A stretch of DNA of 64,000 nt, taken from assembly GCA_050953885.1 (NCBI GenBank), contig JBMNNJ010000002.1, positions 41,586-105,585 of the forward strand, written 5' to 3'. Shown one piece after another: positions 58,738 through 64,000 of this stretch; positions within the stretch are counted from its first letter, which is position 1, and every line of letters begins with the position of its first letter. This DNA comes from Patescibacteria group bacterium (GTDB lineage: Bacteria; Patescibacteriota; Microgenomatia; 0-14-0-10-38-17). The notes under the pieces were generated by a model. It saw only the letters and a list, made by a program, of their open reading frames with translations. It was not told the origin of the DNA and searched no databases. The translations under genes and the position numbers were made by a program.

Positions 58738-59072
58738 AACACGAACTGAACGAATTAAAAACGAATGGATACGAAAAATAAACGCAAATGTTAAATCGCA
58801 AAACTCAAAACTACAACGCAAAACTTAAAACTTGAAAGACAAAAACAGAATTACAATTTAGAAATACAAATATTAAGCCCTAAAGTTTTTTAGTTTTAAG
58901 TTTTAACATGTAGTTTTGAGATTTGAGTTTTAAGTTTTGAGTTTTAACATGTAGTTTTGCCATTTGACATTTGCGTTTTGAGTTTTTTATTGTTTTTGAA
59001 CTTTGATTTAGGTTTTAATCTTTGACATTTTCACTTTGCGCTCATTTTTACGTATTACGCATTGCGTGTTAC
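58738..59072. repeat. CGAAT arm plus core-containing heptamer MITE-like copy and further arms
   Basis: Direct match to 12752-12920; 58992-59070 resembles the reverse complement of 12071-12146. Confidence 0.88.
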
Positions 59073-59076
59073 CCCT

Positions 59077-59523
59077 TTACTCTCCTTTTCCCACCTTCAC
59101 CCTTGCCGGCCGCAAGCATTTACCGCGGTATAAATATCCCGGAGAAACCTCCTCGACTACATAATTTTTCCTCCCCGGCGCTAATTCTAACGCGTCCATC
59201 AGGTGAGGATCAAAGATTTCTCCTTCAGTTTTAATTCTTTCTACTCCCTCCGAGCTCAAAACTTCCCAAAACTCATTTTTTATCATCGCCAAACCCCGGT
59301 CTTCCCTGACCCGACAGGCCCGTTCTAAATTATCAAAAACATTTAAAATTTTATCTAAAAGTCCTTCATTGGCAAAACGGATAAAATCTTGCTGCTCACG
59401 ATTAATTCTTTTTTCCAAGTTTTGATAATCGGCCAAAGCCCGTTTCCACTGTTTTTCCAATTCTTCCACCTTCTTCTCCAAATCCACTATCTTTTTATCT
59501 TCCAAAGAACTTTTTTTCTTCAT
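59077..59523 (-). CDS. grpE: Nucleotide exchange factor GrpE
   Basis: RALADYQNLEKR, FDPHLMDA, GYLYRGKCLRPARVKV. Confidence 0.95.
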   Translation of the reverse strand: MKKKSSLEDKKIVDLEKKVEELEKQWKRALADYQNLEKRINREQQDFIRFANEGLLDKILNVFDNLERACRVREDRGLAMIKNEFWEVLSSEGVERIKTEGEIFDPHLMDALELAPGRKNYVVEEVSPGYLYRGKCLRPARVKVGKGE

Positions 59524-59527
59524 CTTT

Positions 59528-60250
59528 TTAAAAACTAAATTCTGATAAAAGACGACCAAAAAAGTTTACCAACGGGATCACCCGACTATATTGTAAACGG
59601 CAGGGGCCTAAAACCCCAATCGCATAATCACGATTATTCCAATTAAAGCGGCTAAAAACAAAACCGCAGGAGGAAAGATAATCTCCTCCTAACTCCTCCC
59701 CCAAAAGAACATAAACCGGCATTTCCTCCCCCTTTTTGCTAATTACCCCCTGCCAAAAAGAATAGTTATCCAATACCGACAAAAGCGATTGGGTTAAGTC
59801 AATATCCCAAAATTCCGGAAAATTTAAAATATTCGCCAAACCGGCCAAATAAAATTCCTCGTCAGGTCCAATCACTAAAGAAAGAACCCCCGACCGCCGC
59901 GCTAATTCTATTGTTGCCTCCCTAATCAACCTTTCCTTTGCCTCTCGGTGCGGCCAAATCCGCTCCTTAATCCCCGCTTCATCTTTCACCGAAATCTCCT
60001 GGGGTTTTAAAAGATTATGAACATAAAACTTCAGCCCTAAAGGGGTGGGCACCCTGCCGGCAGAAATATGCGACTTTTGCAAATAGCCAGCTTCGGCCAA
60101 ATCGCTCATCTCGTTTCTAATCGTGGCCGGAGAAACACCTAAGCTATACTTTTTCTCAAGCCTGTCCGAGGAAACCGGCCGTGCTGTTTGTACATACTCA
60201 TCCACCACCGCTTTCAAAATGGCAATTTGTCTTTCTGTTAAAGTAGTCAT
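59528..60250 (-). CDS. hrcA: Heat-inducible transcription repressor HrcA (short)
   Basis: LTERQIAIL, SPATIRNEM, SAGRVPT, IGVLGP. Confidence 0.95.
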   Translation of the reverse strand: MTTLTERQIAILKAVVDEYVQTARPVSSDRLEKKYSLGVSPATIRNEMSDLAEAGYLQKSHISAGRVPTPLGLKFYVHNLLKPQEISVKDEAGIKERIWPHREAKERLIREATIELARRSGVLSLVIGPDEEFYLAGLANILNFPEFWDIDLTQSLLSVLDNYSFWQGVISKKGEEMPVYVLLGEELGGDYLSSCGFVFSRFNWNNRDYAIGVLGPCRLQYSRVIPLVNFFGRLLSEFSF

Positions 60251-60262
60251 CAGCTTTTCCTT

Positions 60263-60299
60263 TTAGCAAAAATATACCACGACTGCCAAAAATTGTCAA
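60263..60299 (-). promoter_or_regulatory. hrcA promoter overlapped by a CIRCE-like operator
   Basis: Minus strand TTGACA-17-TATATT; TTGGCAGTC-N9-TTTTGCTAA at 60263-60289 versus CIRCE TTAGCACTC-N9-GAGTGCTAA. Confidence 0.75.
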
Positions 60300-60367
60300 C
60301 CGGAATTTTTTCCAAAGGCGCTTTCTTAAAAAGTGGAGATAGAATCTTTAGCCTTGAGAAGCCAAAT

Positions 60368-60412
60368 TTTACCAGAGGTGTAAACAGGGAACTACCTCTA
60401 AGGTGGTGTAAT
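60368..60412. repeat. TTACACC/GAGGTG-family repeat, inverted copy
   Basis: ccagaggtgtaaacagggaactacctctaaggtggtgtaa approximates the reverse complement of 22763-22805. Confidence 0.75.
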
Positions 60413-60494
60413 TTGCTGTATTTTTTTGCTTCTCTTTTAAGCCCCTTGGATGCTATACTTAAAAAAATAATGATACAAGGATACAAGGAAGCAC

Positions 60495-60665
60495 GAGAAA
60501 TAAACTCAAAACGCAAATGGCAAATGTCAAATCTACATGGCAAATGTTAAAACTTTTTAAAACTTAAAGTTGTTTTTTTTAGATTTGAGTTTTGAGTTGT
60601 AGTTTTGAGTTTTGCGATTTAACATTTGAGTTTATTTATTATCTTTTAATTTTAACTTTTGAATT
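60495..60665. repeat. ~135-bp heptamer MITE-like copy (inverted relative to 38034 and 48196)
   Basis: Near-identical reverse complement of 38034-38170. Confidence 0.9.
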
Positions 60666-60679
60666 CCTTTTAACCATCC

Positions 60680-62311
60680 ATGTTGCTCACCCACTTCTGG
60701 CAAACCATCAAAAATGGCCGACAGGCGCTCTCCCGCCAGCAAACCAACATTTTTTCCGCCGCCGGCACGATTGCTTTGGCGATGCTTGCCTCAGCTCTCT
60801 TAGGCATCTTGCGCGATCGGCTTTTGTACGCCCGTTTCTTCGCCTCCTCTCCCCAAGAACTTGACGCTTATAACGCCGCCTTCAAAATCCCCGACATGCT
60901 TTTCCAGCTTCTAATTACCGGCTCTATCTCGGCCGCTTTTATCCCCCTTTTCTCCCAGGCGTTGGAGAAAAAAAATTTTCAAAAAGCACAAAAAATCGCC
61001 TCCTCGCTTTTTAGCTCCTTGCTTCTTTTGTTTACCATTTTGGCCCTCATCCTTTTCATTTTCGCCAAACCTCTTTCTCAGCTGATTACCTCGGGATTTT
61101 CCCCCCAACAGATTAATCTCATGGCCCAGCTAACTCGTTTCCTTTTGGTTGCCCAATTTTTTCTAATTATTTCTAACTTCTTAACCGCTGTTTTACATGC
61201 CCACCAATACTTTCTCCCCTCGGCTCTTTCTCCCATCTTTTATAACTTAGGAATAATTTTGGGAACGGTTTTCCTCACCCCCTTTTGGGGAATTTACGGC
61301 CCCACTGCCGGAGTTATTTTGGGAACCATTCTCCACTTTGCTGTTCAGCTCCCCCTTTTTAAACGCCTTAATTTTCCCCTTGCTCTTTCTTTTAAAAATC
61401 TTACCAGTCAGGAAAACAAAAAAACCATTTCTTTGATGATCCCCCGCAGCCTTGCCTTAGCTATCTCCGAATTTGAAGCCATTATCACTATTTATCTAGC
61501 CACGGCTTTAGGCGAGGGGGTTCTTTCCCTTTTCTATCTTGCCCAGCATTTGGCCCAACTGCCGGTGCGACTTTTAGGCGCCTCTGTTGGCCAGGCGGCC
61601 CTGCCCATTTTTTCCCGCCAAGCTTCCAGCCGCCAAGGCAAAATTTCCTTCGGCGCTCTGGCGAGTTCACTTTTGAGCCAAATAGTTTTTTTTACCCTTC
61701 CCCTTTGCGCTCTTTTTTTAATTTTAAGAATTCCTTTAGTTCGGCTTGCCTTTGGCGCCCGGGAATTTCCCTGGGAAGCCACTCTTTTGACCGGAAAAGT
61801 TTTAGCCATTCTCACCATTAGCATTTTTACCCAAACGATAAACGAAATTCTTCGCCGCTATTTTTATGTTTTTAAAGATACGAGAAGTGTTTTAAAAATT
61901 GACGGTTTGGCCACCCTGCTTTATCTTCTTTTTACCGCCGCGGCCATTACCAAAACTTCCTGGGGCATTTTGGGTTTAGCCGCCGGTCTTTCTCTAGCCA
62001 ACCTTTGCCGTTCCCTGATGTTTCTTTTTGCTTTAAACAGAAGAATTGGCCCTCTTTTCCCCAAAGAAAAAATCATTTCTTTTTCAAAAATGCTTTTAGC
62101 GGCCGCTTTTGCCGCCCTGACAGCTTGGGCGGCGATGCGTTTTTTAGACGCTTATGTTTTTGACACTTCAAGAGTAGTCCCCCTTATTGGCCTTACCATT
62201 GCGGCCGCCCTGATGGGAGGCTTGGCCTATCTTTTGGCGACCAAAATTTTAAAAGTAGAGGAATTCTCTTCTTTCAAGCTTATGCTCAAAAAGGGATTAA
62301 AGCTGTGGTAA
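60680..62311 (+). CDS. murJ: Lipid II flippase MurJ (MviN)
   Basis: LGILRDRL, AFKIPD, SAAFIP, many TMs. Confidence 0.93.
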   Translation: MLLTHFWQTIKNGRQALSRQQTNIFSAAGTIALAMLASALLGILRDRLLYARFFASSPQELDAYNAAFKIPDMLFQLLITGSISAAFIPLFSQALEKKNFQKAQKIASSLFSSLLLLFTILALILFIFAKPLSQLITSGFSPQQINLMAQLTRFLLVAQFFLIISNFLTAVLHAHQYFLPSALSPIFYNLGIILGTVFLTPFWGIYGPTAGVILGTILHFAVQLPLFKRLNFPLALSFKNLTSQENKKTISLMIPRSLALAISEFEAIITIYLATALGEGVLSLFYLAQHLAQLPVRLLGASVGQAALPIFSRQASSRQGKISFGALASSLLSQIVFFTLPLCALFLILRIPLVRLAFGAREFPWEATLLTGKVLAILTISIFTQTINEILRRYFYVFKDTRSVLKIDGLATLLYLLFTAAAITKTSWGILGLAAGLSLANLCRSLMFLFALNRRIGPLFPKEKIISFSKMLLAAAFAALTAWAAMRFLDAYVFDTSRVVPLIGLTIAAALMGGLAYLLATKILKVEEFSSFKLMLKKGLKLW

Positions 62312-62336
62312 AATAAAGTTGGCTTCAAGTTTTTTT

Positions 62337-62408
62337 GGCCTGGTGCCCAAGTAGTAAGGGAACTGTCTGCAAAACAGTTATACGCGGGTGCAATTCCCGC
62401 CCAGGCCT
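62337..62408 (+). tRNA. tRNA-Cys (GCA)
   Basis: Cloverleaf: GGCCTGG/CCAGGCC acceptor, ACTGT-CTGCAAA-ACAGT anticodon arm, GCGGG-TGCAATT-CCCGC T arm, U discriminator. Confidence 0.95.
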
Positions 62409-62433
62409 CCCAAAAAATTCCTCACCGGTATTA

Positions 62434-63264
62434 ATGAAAAAAAAGTGGTTTCTTGCCCCCATTATTATCCTTATCCTCGGCGCGATTTTTTATTTCTTCC
62501 GCCACCAAATTTTGGGAAAAACTGGTTTCTTGGAAGTTAACACCCAACCCCAAACGATTGTTTTTTTAAACGGGCAACAGGCAGGGGAAACCCCCTTTAA
62601 AAAAGAGCTAACCGTAGGAGAGGTGGAGGTAAAAATTTTTGCCAAAAACGGTGATTTTTCTGAGCCCCTTTGGGAAGAAAACCGGGTAAAGATTAACCCC
62701 AACACTCTCACTTTAATAAATTATAATTTTCAGGATGAGCCTGCCTATCAAGGCGGTGAAATGCTCACCCTAAGCCCTATTTCCCAAAAAGACAGCGCCG
62801 CCTTAAAAATTATTACCTATCCCAATCAGGCCATTGTCAACATTGATGGCCAAACTAAGGGATACACCCCTCTTTTTTTGGAAAAAATTGAAAGCGGACA
62901 GCATATTGTGGAAGTTACCAGCCCGGCCTACCAAAATTATGTTTTAAAACTTAATCTTAATGCTGGTTACGAGCTTGAGTGCCAAATAAAGCTGGCCGCC
63001 GAAAAAGAAGAAAAAAAGGCAGAGAAGACTCTTCCCGTCGCCACTTCCTCCCCCCAAGAAATGATAGAAATTTTAGCTACTCCCAATGGTTGGCTAAGGG
63101 TACGACAAGGACCGGGGACAAATTATCCAGAAATTACCAAAGTTAATAGCGGCGAAGAATTCCCTCTGCTTGAAGAAAAAGATAGCTGGTTCAAAATTAG
63201 GATAGAAGAAGGGCAGGAAGGTTGGATTTCAAGCCAGTATGCCCAAAAGGAAGAAAATTTTTGA
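62434..63264 (+). CDS. Membrane protein with two PEGA domains and a C-terminal SH3b domain
   Basis: ATG 62434 MKKKWF, TM, VFLNGQQAGETP, VNIDGQTKGYTP, LRVRQGPGT...GWISSQY. Confidence 0.88.
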   Translation: MKKKWFLAPIIILILGAIFYFFRHQILGKTGFLEVNTQPQTIVFLNGQQAGETPFKKELTVGEVEVKIFAKNGDFSEPLWEENRVKINPNTLTLINYNFQDEPAYQGGEMLTLSPISQKDSAALKIITYPNQAIVNIDGQTKGYTPLFLEKIESGQHIVEVTSPAYQNYVLKLNLNAGYELECQIKLAAEKEEKKAEKTLPVATSSPQEMIEILATPNGWLRVRQGPGTNYPEITKVNSGEEFPLLEEKDSWFKIRIEEGQEGWISSQYAQKEENF

Positions 63265-63271
63265 AAAACTC

Positions 63272-64000
63272 TTAAGAGGGTTGACGGGGGAATAATTTTA
63301 GCCAAGCATAAAAAGCGGCTAAAATTAAAAAAACCAATAAAAACGCATAAAATTTCTGTTGAGAGTTAAGAAAAAGAGCGATTAGTCCTAAAATTAAAGA
63401 AAAAAACCAATAAAAAATCGCAATTTTGGGCTTTTCAAAACCCATATCAAGCAGGCGATGATGAAGATGGCCGCGGTCGCCCCAGACCGGAGAATGCCCT
63501 GAGGAGAGACGCCTTAAAACCGCCACAATCGCATCCGCCGTCGGCACCCCTAAAACTAAAATCGTCGTCGCCACCTTAGCGCCGGAAAGAATCGCTAAAA
63601 CCCCCAAAAAAAAACCCGCCAAACTTTTTCCCCCATAACCGGGCATAATTTTCTGTGGGTAAAAATTCCACGGCAAAAAGCCTAAATAAGCCCCGGCCAC
63701 GGCGGCAGCCAAAATAATCACCGGCCATTGGGTAATGTCAAAAGAATAACGCCCCCCTAAAGCGGCAATCACCAGAGAAGCAATCACCACAAATCCCGGC
63801 AGTTGACCATCTACCCCCGACGACCAACCAACAATATTCATATTCCAAATAAGCCAGAGAAGACCAAATAAAGAAGAAGCCACCCATATCTCGCGCGTTT
63901 GGCCTAAAAACTCAAAAATAATCCGCGGTTGGTCAAGATGAATCACGCCATCAAAAGGGTTACTAATAAAAGCAATGCCAATACCTGAGGCCACCACCAA
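63272..64000 (-). CDS. Glycosyltransferase family 4 (WecA/TagO/MraY-like), 3' part
   Basis: SGVDGQ, GFLPWNFYPQKIMPG, DRGHLHHRL. Confidence 0.9.
   Translation of the reverse strand: MVVASGIGIAFISNPFDGVIHLDQPRIIFEFLGQTREIWVASSLFGLLWLIWNMNIVGWSSGVDGQLPGFVVIASLVIAALGGRYSFDITQWPVIILAAAVAGAYLGFLPWNFYPQKIMPGYGGKSLAGFFLGVLAILSGAKVATTILVLGVPTADAIVAVLRRLSSGHSPVWGDRGHLHHRLLDMGFEKPKIAIFYWFFSLILGLIALFLNSQQKFYAFLLVFLILAAFYAWLKLFPRQPS

Noticed and set aside
62335-62433. N-terminal extension of the PEGA ORF
   Set aside because: It overlaps tRNA-Cys; ATG 62434 gives a normal membrane-anchor start.
1-64000. Diversity-generating retroelement, retron, prophage or rRNA
   Set aside because: No reverse transcriptase, TR/VR pair, phage structural cluster or rRNA signature was recognised in the window.

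Overview
Core-genome segment of a bacterium whose gene set looks like Patescibacteria/CPR, probably Microgenomates (inferred from the short AlaRS, Lon-like AAA without protease domain, sortase, PEGA protein, DUF916-like protein and few Shine-Dalgarno sites). Almost all genes are on the minus strand. The window holds the S10/str ribosomal cluster (rpsC to rplC, rpsJ, tuf, fusA, rpsG, rpsL), rpoC, rpoB, an accessory patch (M16 peptidase, DUF2207, GH26), ruvX, a sortase, alaS, ftsK, proS, rnj, UDG, pnp, rpsO, infB, nusA, an IS-flanked valS, murI, the hrcA-grpE-dnaK-dnaJ operon with a CIRCE-like operator, murJ, tRNA-Cys and a partial GT4. The most striking feature is non-coding. More than 20 intergenic spacers are built from nested families of periodic repeats (7-nt, 8-nt and 10-11-nt units, RPE-like and REP palindromes). 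Many are orphan arms whose best complement lies on the far side of one or more genes. Examples are a perfect 59-bp inverted repeat around a two-gene surface-protein cassette inside the S10 operon, a 26-bp exact pair around dnaK, and a 24-bp exact pair 11 kb apart. Mismatches in these pairs lean toward G.U on the transcribed strand. A separate family of 14-21-bp GC micro-palindromes has inserted into these repeats and into IS ends. A promoter-driven, highly structured ~400-nt leader with a boxA-like motif precedes an orphan small ORF upstream of rpoB. All alignments were made by eye and no database searches were run.
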